From NCBI RefSeq assembly GCF_036321535.1, contig NC_087438.1:3784001-3848000 (forward strand): a DNA stretch of 64,000 nt, read 5' to 3'. The position numbers and the translations under genes are program-made. The notes beneath the pieces were generated by a model that worked only from the letters and a program-made list of their open reading frames with translations, did not search any database and was not told the origin of the DNA. The stretch is from Camelus dromedarius. Its lineage: Eukaryota. Positions 1 to 12,947 of this stretch are shown here, in pieces (the stretch's first letter is position 1; every line of letters starts with the position of its first letter).

Positions 1-954
1 ATCTGGGTGTGCATGGAAGATGCTAACATTTCAACCAAGTGTATCACCTGCTTCAAAGGTAACATGTTGTTCTTTGAAAGAAGACAAGGTATTTTTGGGA
101 TACTATGGTTTGGTATTTAGTTTCAAGATTCTTATCTACTTCTCCCAGCTGGGTTTAATCTAGTTTTATTTGCCCATCTAACATATCGTTACTGAAAAAA
201 AATAAATTAAAAACGGTATTAACTATTCCCGTTCTCCCTCCTCTCTTCCTTGTCTTCATATCATTGTGTAAGTAGGTCTGGTGATAATTAAGCTTCGTCC
301 AGATGGAGGGGGGATCTCTACTAACAGAATTACCCACAGATGCTGCCTCAAATCCATCTGGCCGAGGGAAACACGACGCTTTGCTGTTCTTTAGGTAAGG
401 CCTGTTTTGCTGTGGATACAAAGACATGCCTTCTTCTTAAGAGTACTCATTTTAATAAATGAAAATGCCCTGATCTCTCATTTTACTTATGCCACGTTTA
501 GGACACAGAGGTCAGCCGAGAATGACAGCGCATCACACCGGAAATCCTGTGTGTGCGCAGCTGGCCAGATGCTAAGGGTCAGATGAACGATTCTCCCCCC
601 CACTCTCTTCCCCTCTGTCTCTCTCTTCTCACAAAGATTTAGTTTTTCTCACATTTCTAGGAATAGGAATGATTTGGGGAGAAATCCAAAGAGGCAGATA
701 CTAGTTTTGTGTTGTGCCTTCCTTTGGTTCCCCTCTAACGAGCATCTGGACTAACTGGACCCTGGGCTGTCCTTAGAATCCACCTTAGTCTCAGACTAAC
801 CCAGGAGAGGCTGACCCTTTGCTCATTCCAGGGGATATCAACGTCTTTCTAGACCTTTCAGGATTCATCTCCTATTGAATCATTCCATCAATACTCTTTG
901 AGTGTCCACCATGTGGCCCCTGTTGCTTTAGATTTTTCCATCCTAACCTATTAC

Positions 955-1055
955 GTCCCCACCTGTATGATCTTGATAATTCATTTAACCTCTCCCCGTT
1001 CCAACTTCCCTCATCTAAAAAGAGACAAATGACACGGAAACCGACTCATTACTTA
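955..1055 (+). mobile_element. MIR SINE core fragment
   Basis: tgatcttgataattcatttaacctctcc...ttccctcatctaaaa resembles the MIR core (tgaccttgggcaagtcacttaacctctctgagcctcagtttcctcatctgtaaaatgg). Confidence 0.65.
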
Positions 1056-3328
1056 ATGCACACGCTCCCTCTCACCACACACGCCACGTCTTTGGGTAAC
1101 AGTGGCTTTTCCGAGACCCGCACCAGGCTTATCCCGAGAGTCTGTGACATCGTACCCCTGGTGGACAAGTCCAGCCTATGAGCTGTCCTCCTGTCTTTGT
1201 TTTTCGTGTGGGTTTTGGCCTCCCTGTGAGTTCAGCTATGGGAGACATGCCTCCCTGAGCACGTTATGATATGGTGATCTTGCCTGCTGCCCTGTATTTT
1301 ACATAATCATTCTGGAATTTAATTCAAAACTTCTCCATGTTCTAAAATTAGTCTATCTCTTGTCTTATTTTTATACCTCTAACATGGCTGCCAACTTTTT
1401 GCTTGGCGTGAAATATGAGTTCAAACTGATATACCAGAATGGTATTAATTATAGCACCCCAAATAGTAACAAAAAGCTGCATTACGAAAATTACTGGTTA
1501 ACCACATACAAACAGTGCTTGCTGTCAGCTTTTTATAGCTAAAATTGGGACTAAGTTGGGCCCAGTTCGTCTTGAACAGTGATGATGTTTCAAACCGCTA
1601 TATCCTCCAAGAACCCATAATGTGAGTAGGTTAATTTAAAGACTTGAAGAGCAAGGACCATAAATGCAGGTCCCCAGGATGTGAGGTCAGGTTTCTGGTT
1701 CTGTCTGGAACACACCACCATTATTATGCACTTGGAGGATCAAAAAAGAAACACAATCTTATAATGCCACTGAGAGGAGTAGCTTGTTAAAATATTCAGA
1801 GCATATTGAGATACACTATAAATAACTAACTCTGCTTTTTTATTCTCTCATCAAGTTATAACAATAGCTGTGGTGCAATCAAGTAAAGTTTAGATTTTCC
1901 CAGTGATCTAGGCTTTTGACCCTGTTTTATATATAAATTTTTTTAAGAGAAAATTTCCTTTGTAAAGAAGGCTAATAAAATTCTGGGAAAAAAATTAATG
2001 ATTTCTTGGCAGGGAAAAAGGAGAGACCAAAGGTGAGATTATAATGTAATAAAAGCTAATTTGACTAAATCAAAATTGTCCCTGGAACTAAGAAACTTCA
2101 CTTCTAAAATGAAAACTGTTCCCATAATCTAACAGGCCTATACATTTTAATTTCTTGGTAAAAATGAATGATAAACAGTTCTATGAGCTGTTTCATGGCT
2201 TGTCCAAATAAGGTGGGTTTAATTCCTTGATCCCTCTTTAAAAAACCCTGGTTGATTTGGCAAGCGTACTTTTCATGAAACGTTAATGGAAAAAATTTGA
2301 GAGATTTCCATCAACCACTAATGAAGATTTTTGTGATTTTTTTCCAGATAGTAGCTTTACTTTTTAAGGACCATTGGTCTTATTAACCATCCCCGAAATT
2401 ACTTAGCTGTTCCATTCCATGCTTAGTAGGAAAACCCTCGTTTCATATAATGTTTTGCAGTCTCCAATGGATGAGTTAAATTAATGTGTTCACTCGTGGA
2501 AATGTGGTGCATGTGCAGTAAGTTTCAGACTCACTGCCTTGAAAATTCATTGGCGCACGTACAAGAGCAGGGAGTTTGGGAAGTTAAAATACCTACTTGA
2601 CCAACACAGATTTTACTTCTGTGTCATAAGTAAGAAAGGCATGCAATTATTTCTTCTCCAAGGAAGAGTATTTATTTCCCATGAAGGGGTTTTCCTTCCA
2701 AGATCACTGGTCCATTTTCTTTCAGAAGGTTCTCGCTACCTCCATGTGAACATTTTTGGCTGTTACTATTTTGGAACTTAATAAGAAGCTCAGGAGGTTA
2801 TGAAAGGGGTCTGCCTTTTGCAAAGAAATTGGGTTAAAATGAAGAGAAAATCAGCTTGTCCTCCTTGGGTCCCTCTCTTGGTCTGTAGCTGCAGAAGGAC
2901 TCTTTTCTGGCTGGGAGCTCAGGGACATCCTTGACTTCAGGAACAACCTTCAAAATCAGGAGAATTTGACTAGACTTAATGCTGATTCTGTTCCCCAGTC
3001 TCCAGTCTCATACTTAGACTCCTACTGTTTCTCTCACGTTTATAGACTCCTTTGTTATGATCATTCAACCTGGGTTCTGATTGAGTGTCTAAATCATGTG
3101 TTCTGATCTTCGAAAAAGAGATGATATATTGTAAAAATACATTTGAAGCACCTACTCACCTTCTTCAAGAACTTGGGGTTTGCAGAGTTCTACTACTGAA
3201 CACCATGCTCTATTTGATGCTCTCAGCCTTCCTGCTCATTTGGTGCCTTGAGATTATCCTGGTGTTCCTGGCACAAATCTTCTACAGCTGGGATCTTCCT
3301 TCTCTGATGATGGATCCTTGAGGTATGT

Positions 3329-3490
3329 CAGTGTTTTTGGAAGGGTGGTACCAGGCCTGCCTGAGTCAGAATTGTGTGGGATGCCTATTAGAAATTCAGA
3401 CACTCTCAGCACTTTCAACAGACTCCCTGAATCACAGTCTCTGGAGATACAGCCCAAGAATTAGCATTTAAACAAGCTGTTTAGCACGTC
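3329..3490 (+). mobile_element. MER5-family hAT-Charlie non-autonomous DNA transposon
   Basis: cagtg start; tattagaaattcagac, cagactccctgaatcacagtctctgg, cccaagaattagcatttaaacaagc follow the MER5A motif order. Confidence 0.75.
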
Positions 3491-4449
3491 GATATTGGAC
3501 TGCAAACCAGAGTGTGAGTCAGAGATTATATATAGAACATTGCATCTGAGTAAATGTCACACAAGAAAGAGGTGCTGTGGACCACTGACATGCCCTTGAC
3601 CAGAGTTTAAAGGGAGTAAAATGGATGTTCTCTTAATATCAGAATCGTTACTAGTCAGAACAATAAAAATTGCAATATATTATAAAAGGAATACTTGCAC
3701 ATAAACAATTTTGGATATTTCTATTTGATCTCTCTCCCAATAGCCACTTGAGGATCTGATTAAAGAGAACCCAGAGAATGTTGGTGATTAAAATTCAAAC
3801 CTCTCTACATATTAAAAAAAAAGACTCAGTTCCACAAGAAAAGCAAACAACGTCACTCGTAACACACGCCTATAATATAGTTAGGAGACAGGAATATTAT
3901 AAATGTCAAATAAACAGCAAGATTCAGACGTGAACTCTGGAGCCCATCCTGAACAAACTGTCGGGTAGCAGCATGTAGAGAAATGGAGAGGGAAGAGGCT
4001 GTGTGTAGAGGAGAAAGCCCCTCTTGGTGAGGAAATAAGGAAAATCATTTCTGAAGGAGAAGTAGGATGGTCTAGTGGTAAAGGAGAAGGGAGCGAGGGG
4101 TGAAGCAAGTACCGACATAAACACAAGAGAAGCCGAGAATATGCAATACCCCAGTGCCCTCCCCTGGCAACAGAGGTCAGAAGGGAGGGAGGGAGGGAGG
4201 GAGGGAGAAATGAAGGAAAGAGCTGCCTTTAACTGTACCAATAGAAGAATGCGTGTTTGAATCAAGATGCCCAAACTCCATTTGCACTTCTGTATTCAAC
4301 TGTTGTTGCTGGTCACCAACAACCAAAGGTATTTTTAAATAATTGAGAGAGAAAAAAAGTTATAAAATACAGAAAATATCATAAGAAAATCATAAAAATA
4401 AAGATGTTTGTCAAATATATAATTTCTATCCCAGAGAGGCATTTATGAG

Positions 4450-5290
4450 TGGGACAGAAGCATTATTTGTTCTAAAACTGCTAACACACCAATCCACAGA
4501 TTAAAAAAATCTCTACAAAAACAACAAAATAAAAAGCAAAGCAAGATAAACAAAAACAAGCAAACAACTAGATACATTCTAGTAAAAAAAAAAAAAAAAA
4601 AAAGCAAAGACAGGATGGAACAAGCAGCCAGAGGGGAAAAACACAAGACATAATACTTTCAAAGGAGCAACAGTAAAACTAGACACCGACTGTTGACAAG
4701 AATAGTTGAAGCCAGAAGACAATGGAATTGCATCCGTATTTTCAAAGGGCTGAAAAGGAAATTGCCAGCCTAGAATTGGCTACCAAGAGATCACACCCTT
4801 CACAAATGAGGCAAAATCAACGTATGTTCAGAGGAACAAGATGAAGAGACATAATTACCAGCAGATCTTCATTAAGAGAAATTCTAAGGAAGTTGTTCAC
4901 AGAGAAGGATATTCATCACAGACAGAAGCCTAAAGGAACAGACATAAATGCAGAAGAATGGAAAGAGTGAATTATATGAGTAAATATGAATGAATATTGA
5001 TGGTGTAAAACAATAGTATCTGATGGGATTTAAAATATGTTTATGATTGAAACATCTGACAACAGTAACACTAAATGTCAGAAAAATGAATGGAGCTCTG
5101 AACTCTTATCATTATCAGGAAATTAGTGAAAATAATAATTTAAATTAAATTGTATATAGGTCAGGCATGAATATTTTAACTTTTGGGTAACTACTCAAAG
5201 AATAATTAAATAATATGTAACTAACAAAAATTAGAGGAAAAACATAGCAAAATACTTGACTGATCAAAATCGAGAAAGAAAAGAAGAAGG
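4450..5290 (+). mobile_element. Old L1 (L1M) fragment, ORF1 C-terminal/inter-ORF region
   Basis: A-rich strand with gaagccagaagacaatggaat, ttcaaagggctgaaaagg, ccagcctagaatt, aattaccagcagatc, typical of L1 ORF1; no intact frame. Confidence 0.8.
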
Positions 5291-5299
5291 AAATTAACC

Positions 5300-7030
5300 T
5301 ACATACAGTCTACCTTCGGATAATCCCACGCTGCCTGCCTTGCAAGGGTCTGTGCGCCTCCGTGTTTCCTCTCCTGGAATCTGTGCTGGTGCATATGTTT
5401 TTCTTCTGCATATGGTATAACCCCCAGGATACACTGCAGTTATTTTTCTTTTACATAATTAGTTACCTTTTTAGAGATGTAACCAACAAAAAGGAAAGAA
5501 TTCTTGATACTTTCCCATGTAATGACCTGATACCCTCTTTCCTTCGCGTAGTTCTGGGCTTCCATCCAGTATCATCTTTCCTTTGCTTGAAGGACGTCTT
5601 TAACATTTCTTGTAGTGCAAATTTTCTTGTGATGAATTCTTTCAGTTTTTGTGTATCTTGAAAAAGTCCTATGTCTTCATAATTTTTGAAAGGTACATTC
5701 AGGGAGTAAAGAATTCTAAGTTGACAATTTCCCCTAGTGCTTTAAAGCTGTTTCTCCCCTGTTATCTAGCTTACACTGTTTCTGATAGGAAATCTACTGT
5801 CATCCTCTTCTTTGTTCTTCAGTACCTAAATGCCTTTTTTTCTCTGGCTGTTTTTAAGATTTACTTCTTGGAACTGTGGGTTTGTAGTTTTCATCAAATT
5901 TGGAGAAGTTTTGGCCATTAGCACTTCCAATGGCTTTTCTTTCCCCCCACCCCCATCTCTTCCCCTCCTCTGGAGACCCTAGTCAGATGTCTGTTTGACT
6001 ATTTGAAGTTGTCCCACCATCCATTTCTTCTAAAATTCTCCTTTCTCTCTGAATTTCATTTTTAATCATTTCTTTTCTCTATTTTTTCTTCTGCAATGTC
6101 TAATCTTTTATCAACACCACCTATTATATTTTTTACATAATTAGTAGTCCTTCACACGTCTAGGAGTTTGACTTGGGCGGTTTCAATGCCTCCTGCGTCT
6201 CAGCGTAACACGCTTAACCGTTCCTGTAGACTCTTGAACACACGGTATACAGCCAGGCACCTCTTTTGACTCTACCTGTGCCATTTTTGACCGGCTGGCT
6301 TTTCTCCTCACGCAGATTTGTATTTTCCTACTTCTCTGTAGGCGTGGTGGGTTTTGATTGGATACCAAATGAGAATTTTACCTTGGATGTTGGATGCTTT
6401 TGCATTCCTATATGTACTCTGGACCTGTATTCTTGGAGGAAGTAAAGGTAGCCAGGGACAGAGTGGTCCTTTCAGAAATCACTTCAAAGCTGACTTGGGT
6501 GAGATCAGAACAGTGTTTAGTCTAGCGTTAGCTTCCCCCCAGTACTTAGCCATGGCTCTTCTTAGCGCTCTGCGGATGTCCCACGGACGATGAGATTTTC
6601 CTCTCTGGCTGGGAAGAGGCATTATGCCCCTCCAGCTAGAGACCGGGTGCTGTTCTCCCCAGTCCTGCTGGGTCCTTCACCCCTCTTTCTGGTAGTTTCC
6701 TGACACACAGGCGGATCACTGTTCCCTGGACTGAGCTGACCCTCTGTCTCGGGAACTCTAACCACCTGGTTTACTTGAACTCACATCTCTCTCTTCCTCG
6801 TGGATTCTGCCTGGTCCCCTCCCTGTGCTGCAGCCTCAGCGCCTTCTCTGGACGGTAAGCTGAGACATCATAGGGCTCACCTTTCTGTCTCTTAGATGTC
6901 TCTGCCCTTTGTCACCTCATGTCCAGTGTTTTAAAACCATTGTTTGACACGTTGTGTCAGCCTTTTGTCCCCGTGGGCTAGAGAGTAAACCCAGTCCCTG
7001 TGACTTTATCTAGACTGAGAGCAGAAGTCT
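5300..7030 (-). mobile_element. Old L1 (L1M) 5' region/ORF1 fragment, antisense
   Basis: T-rich; ttaacatttcttgtagtgca, tttctgataggaaatctactgtcatcc, ttctctggctgtttttaagattt are reverse-complement L1 ORF1 motifs. Confidence 0.75.
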
Positions 7031-7436
7031 CGCCGTAAACAAACTGGAAAATGAATGAAAAGCCAAGGGATGTGTTTGCGACACACCGCTATTTCAGAGG
7101 AACAGAGTTAATATCCTTCTTGTCGAAAAGATTTTTAGGACTCGTGAAGACATGTTTAGCCACAAAAAGAGACAAAAAATGTAGCAACGTTCATAAATGG
7201 TCCTTCCAGAAAAGTTGAAATACAAATGGCCAAAGGCAAAGAGAAAAGTGTTCCATCTCAATAATGTTTAAGTAAATACAATGTACACACCAGTGAAACC
7301 CATTTTCTCCATCTCAGCTTGGTACCAGGCAGGTGAGCCCCACTGCTAAGAGTGTGTGAGGAAAGAGGCACTCTCACACAGCGCTCGGGGGGGGTGGCTG
7401 GATACCAGTTTGGTATATACATACATTTATAGCCAA

Positions 7437-7442
<6 letters not shown>

Positions 7443-7471
<29 letters not shown>
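7443..7471. repeat. (AC)n microsatellite, ~14 units
   Basis: direct reading. Confidence 0.97.
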
Positions 7472-7474
<3 letters not shown>

Positions 7475-7683
7475 TTGGTATTATATATGTATATGTATTT
7501 GGCTATAAATACATACATGTTTTTGTATGTGTTTGTGTGTTTTAAGTTTTAAAATGTAATTTCCCATTGGTCTTATTTTTCCTAATGGAATCGTTGCTGA
7601 TGAAAACAAAACCAAGTTCACATTACAGGGATGATATTAAAACTCTGTTTATAAAAGTCAATATTAAATAAAAATCTCTCTTC

Positions 7684-8457
7684 AAAAAAGTAGTACATAC
7701 TTCTTTCCCTTTCTGGCTTACTTCACTTAGAATGACATTCTCCAGAAGCATCCATGTTGCTGTAAATGGCATTATGTTGTCTGTTTTTATGGCTGAGTAG
7801 TATTCCATTGTGTAAATATATCACATCTTCTTTATCCAGTCACCTGTTGATGGACATTTAGGCTGTTTCCATGTCTTGGCTATTGTAAATAGTGCTGCTA
7901 TGAACATTGGGGTGCAGTGTCATTTTGAAGTAGGGTGCCATCTGGATATAAGCCCAGGAGTGGGATTCCTGGGTCATATGGTAGGTCTATTCCTAGTCTT
8001 TTGAGGAATCTCCACACTGTTTTCCACAGTGGCTGCACCAAACTGCATTCCCACCAGCAGTGTAGGAGGGTTCCCCTTTCTCCACATATGAGATCGCTCA
8101 TATCTGGAACCTAAAAACCAAAACCAAAAACAACAACAAAAAAAAAACAAAGCACAAATACAGAACAGAAATAGACTCATAGACATAGAACACAAACTTG
8201 TGGTTGCCAAGAGGGTGGAGGGTGGGAAGGGATAGATGGGATTTCAAAATTGTAGAATAGATAAACAAGATTATACTGTATAGCACAGGGAAATATACAC
8301 AAAATCTTATGGTAGCTCACAGAGAAAAAAATGTGACAATGAATATATATATGTTCATGCATAACTGAAAAATTGTGCTGAACACTGGAATTTGACACAA
8401 CATTGTAAAGTGATTATAAATCAATAAAAAATGTTAAAAAAAAAAGTAGTACATACT
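7684..8457 (+). mobile_element. Young L1, 5'-truncated with 5' inversion (twin priming), 18-bp TSD
   Basis: TSD aaaaaagtagtacatact at 7684-7701 and 8440-8457; 7702-8086 antisense ORF2-end/3'UTR; 8085-8445 sense 3'UTR ending tcaataaaaaatgtta(n). Confidence 0.93.
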
Positions 8458-8607
8458 AATAAATCAGCTTTGGTTTAGCCATAAAATAAGATACTATGCC
8501 ACTATTAAAAATAAAGATGCCTGTATTTTTTTTGACATGGGAAAATTTTGTTATATAATAATGGGTGAAAAGAGAACATCCAAACAAAATCATGGCATGA
8601 TCCCCTG

Positions 8608-8825
8608 AGTGTGCATGTGTGTGTGCGTGTGTGTGTATGTGTGCATGTGTGTGTGTGGATGTGTCCGTGCGTCACTGGGTATCACTGTATATGAGTGTGA
8701 TTGTGCACAGGTGTGAGCATATACGTGTGTGTAAGTGGATATGTGAGTGCTTGTGTGCATGGGAGTGTGTGTTGTGTGTAAGAACATGTGTGGGAATGCA
8801 ACCGTGAGTGCATGTGTGTGTGTGT
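8608..8825. repeat. Degenerate (TG)n-rich simple repeat
   Basis: gtgtgcatgtgtgtgtgcgtgtgtg... over ~220 bp. Confidence 0.9.
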
Positions 8826-11800
8826 TATTTTCTTTATACTTTGTCTGTATTCTTCAAAATGTTTTCATAATGAGTGTGTATTTCTTTCTAATCAGAAAGA
8901 ACCATAGAACTCTCCCTCAGGGAGAAAATAAACTTAATACACACAGAACATGGCGTTCATACAGAGACCTGAGCTGAGCAGTTCAGTGGAAATACAACCT
9001 TGGAGAGAGATGGTGTTGTCTTGATGTCTAATTATAAGAACAAGGAGTTGATTCCAGAATATAAGATGCACAAGTCAATGCAGAAAATGAGACGGAGAAC
9101 AAACGCTCACAACAGACAAAGGAACGGCGGTTCCTGTTCTCAGAGGGAGCAAACAACCTTGCCTGAGCACCTGCCTCCCCATCAGTCTAATGGCAACGTG
9201 GGAGAGTTTATTTGGTTTTTAGCGTCACAGGGTCCAGTTCAAGACCTTCATTACAGGGCTGGTGAGCATGCGCCCTGCGTCTGTGTCTCCAGGGGGTAAG
9301 CGTGAGACACAGCCCCCAGCGTGGCACTGACCTTGAGAAAGCCCTCGGCAGCTAGGCGCCATCCCCACCCGCTGCGGCGTGAGGCCGCAGGGAGTGGGCA
9401 CTGCATCGGCAGACCTGCGCTGCCCGGAGTTCTGTCTGGCTTCCATCAGCGGGACCTGCTGACTTGTAAATTAGTTTCTGTGGGTGGGGATATGAGCATG
9501 TGCTCCAGTTGAAAAAATTAGGGCGTGGAGCTTATAAGCCCCTGCCCGGAGTTTCTGATTCTCCTTCCCCCAAAGATGTCAGAGCTCGTGACTTAAGGAG
9601 CACAGAGAACGGAGTCTGCATGACACGTGGCCTCCGCCCAACAGGCACCTCGCACTGGGGCGTGACTCAGCATGTTTACGGGTTCTCCTAATCCCGACTC
9701 TGTCTTCCCGGGTTCCTGGACCACTTAGCCATCTTTTCATTTCACACTGAAGGGGTTTCCTGATAACTTCATCAGACATTCACTTTCCTCCCTGCTCCCC
9801 AAACGTCTGGAGAGCCCAGTAATCAATAAATCAATAAACCAATTACCGATAAAGTCTTTACCCCGTGGTGGCTCCTGATTTTCTATATAATGGAGGAGTG
9901 TTCTGGCCAAAGGATAGGAGAGGGGATGGGGCTGTTTTAGAAGCTGTGAATGCATTTGACCACAATGGCCCGGGTGTGCTGAGCAGAACAGCGGGGCCAG
10001 AGCTCTGTCTGTCTCTCTCCTTTCTTGCAGCCGCTCACTTTGGTGCAGAGCCGGGGACAAGCACAGATCAAGCAAGAAGACCACAGACTGTCAGCGCTTC
10101 TCAGAACACAAATGTGGGCTGTTTATGGACAGACCCACCAGAGGAAGGTTATTTGATGCATCCTGGTACTGTGTCTGTTCAGCAGAACTCATGATCTTGT
10201 GCAAATGGTGTCTCATTAAGATGGAAGATACCGGCCGAGCTCTCCCTGATGTTCTGGGAGGTTAGCACATGGCGCGTCTGTTAGGGTGACAGCACACACT
10301 GCGCAGAGCACAAGGGATGCCCAGTAAACAGCCGGCAGCAGCGTCCAGCGCTTCTGTCCTAACTCGCACACTCCTGGGCAGTGGAGGGAAGTGGTGTCAC
10401 ACAAACGCTGTCTCGTTAATTCCTCCCAGGGTCCCCATCACACCAGACAGGAGACGTGATGCAGCTGCTTGACAACTTTTATGTCCCAGCATCACGATGC
10501 TCTTTAGGGGGTCCAGCTGGGGAGACCACCTGGGACCTTGGCCTCATTTGCCCAAGGACACCCCCACGCTTCCAGCTCTATTCCCACTCTCCTGCCGCCC
10601 ATTACTTTGGCTCACAGTTGGACAAGAATATCCCAGGCTAACCGTTTAAAATCAGGTACAAAGTAAGAGACAGCCCTTCCCAGGCAACAGAAACCATGCT
10701 CTCAGTCATGCAGGGACTGATTTTGCAAAGATGCTGTGAAGGTAATCTATAGAGAGTGAGAGATCAGAGGGCAAAAAGGGATTGGCACATAGCCACCACA
10801 CACTCTCCCAGTACTTGGCTCTGGGGGGAGCAGCTACCAGCCTGTCAGAGCTGCTCCCACCCCTGGAACAGTGATGGAGGCGTTTATGTTTCTTCCCTCG
10901 ACAGCGACTCCTGTTAGCCGGCATCTGCTGCAGAGGTTTTCTTCCGCCGTCAGTGTCTCCCTGGGAGCAATCAACGTAATGAGATTATGTTAATGTCTTC
11001 ATTGGATGAGGAAACCTTTCTTAACAGCCAGAAACTAAACATCTAATGAACTCTTCCAAGGATGAATAAAAGGCATTTCTGTATGTTCTTCAGGTTATCA
11101 CTTATTTCTCCTATTTTAGAAAAAGATTACAGCAGATTATAATTAATTCACTATAAAATCATTCCAAGCAAAAATAAATAAATACATAAAACAAGGTGAA
11201 GAGAAGACAGGACAGTAATTCACTGGCTGCAATGGAAGAAAGTAACAGTCAGATTCTGACCCGTAAGCTCTTTGTGCAGGAAGGTCCTCAGATTCAGAAT
11301 GTGTGAGGCTACTGAGCAGAGGCTGGGCTGGGGCTTTCCAGAGCCGGAGGTCATGGGGGCCCCCAGACAAGATGGTCTCTTCTGTCTTGAACACAGCGGT
11401 AAGAGGGACAGATGTCACCTGCGGTGGGTGGGGAACGAAGCCGGAGCAGCCTTGGGTGGACCCTCTGCCTGCCCATGAGTCATCACGAGGACGGGGCACA
11501 CCGTGGGTGCTGAGACAGGTCATTGAACAAGGAGCCTGAAGGAGGAGTGGAAGGTACTCCTCACTGAGGTTCCCACGGACGTGGTCCCTAAATCAGGTGT
11601 GGGGAGGAGAGCTGACCATCGGCAGAGGGCGAGGGCTGCTCTCAGGCCCCATGAATGGGGCCCAAGGAGCTGCCGACGGTCGGGGTGGGGGAGGTAGATA
11701 TGAGACATCGTAGGTGCAGGACCTCGTTCTGACCCCCTGCGGGGTGCCTGATGGCTGTGGTCAGCAGGGCAGTGCCCGAAACATGCAGGGACAGATGTGC

Positions 11801-12304
11801 GAGGGTTCTCTCTAGGGAGGGTTCCTTGTGCAAAGGGTGAACCCAACGTCATTGCCAGTGGAAGGTCAGGAGCCTGTGGCAGGGCTGGTCACACCGCAGA
11901 ATCCAGGAACCCCTCCGGGCAGACTGTGTGAGCCAGCGGGTGACTCGTAAGGACAGAAATTCCTGCTCCCTGCAGGGCTGAAGGCTTTAGTCTCCTGGCC
12001 CCTAAGGAGCCGTGGGGTTCCCTCGTGAGTCAGGACCCACGCCTGCGACACGGTTCCCAGCACTGTGTGATGACCCCGACTTCACAAGCTTGCTGTGAGT
12101 GGGGCGCGGCGTGAACGGGCTGAGAACAGGAGCTGCTCGTGGCCAGAAGCCCTGTTAATAGGGCCTCGGCGGGTGGAAAAGCAGGGGTCGGCTCTGCTTC
12201 AGACCCTCATGTCCGTTTAGTTACCCCCCTGTCTTCCTGGCTACACTCAATCCTGTGCTTAAATGCACGTTTCTTCCCTCTTGTTTTCTCTTCCCAGACG
12301 GAGC

Positions 12305-12312
12305 TGACGTCA
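12305..12312. promoter_or_regulatory. Full CRE palindrome TGACGTCA, within the 12-bp palindrome gctgacgtcagc
   Basis: exact motif with intact CpG in a CpG-retaining region; function not shown. Confidence 0.35.
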
Positions 12313-12609
12313 GCAGTCAGCTCCTGGTCGATTGACCTCGTTCACTTCTGCTCACTGACCCTGCCGTCCTTCCCCTCTTCCTTCGTCATAGATGACCCGC
12401 TCACCCAGGCGTCCCACCTCACTGTAAGTCAGGCACACAGGGAGGAATCAATAAGCCCTAATTAGTTATTGTTATTTCAACAGAAAGTAATTATGGCAGA
12501 CCAAGAGCCAAGACGATTCAGCAAACTCAACGTTCGTTAAAAGGTATCTTGCATCCTACTGGGCTCAATGTCTTGTAGAAAGAAAATACATTTTAATCAG
12601 AGGTCCCAC

Positions 12610-12760
12610 CGTGGGATTCTGGCTCTGGTTACTGCTTATGAGACACGTGACTTTCTTAGGCTCCGTCTCCTCATTTAAAATGCGAAGGACGTGCCCAGCT
12701 CTTAGGATGTGACTCGAGAATGAGAATTCAGTACCTGAGTCAGAGGACTGACCAGACGCA
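12610..12760 (+). mobile_element. MIR fragment
   Basis: attctggctctggttact...ggctccgtctcctcatttaaaatg core-like sequence. Confidence 0.6.
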
Positions 12761-12947
12761 GCGGCAGCCCTGCTGTCGGGGGGCTGGTCGCTCCTGCCAT
12801 TTGTCCAGAGCTCCTGAAAGTTACCTCACTTAGCATCACACCTTTTGGTAGAGATGGAGAGGTTTATTTTGATCAGACAATAGACTTTGGGAAACAGAAT
12901 CCGTTGATTGTGGCTCCTTTGCCAGCCCTGACACGTGGCTCACGGCA

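Larger units (their letters stand above)
7040..8900 (+). mobile_element. Old L1ME-type 3' end, interrupted by (AC)n, a young L1 and a TG-rich repeat
   Basis: aaatacaaatggccaaagg, gaggcactctcacacagcgct (7040-7415); resumes 8460-8590 and 8825-8900 with an L1ME-like terminus. Confidence 0.65.

Noticed and set aside
7623..8101. ORFs with L1 ORF2 C-terminal similarity ([19 protein letters not shown])
   Set aside because: Fragments of a truncated, inverted L1, not a host gene
9223..9261. Micro-exon-like RVQFKTFITGL resembling an EF-hand helix
   Set aside because: Too short to distinguish from chance; no partner exons found
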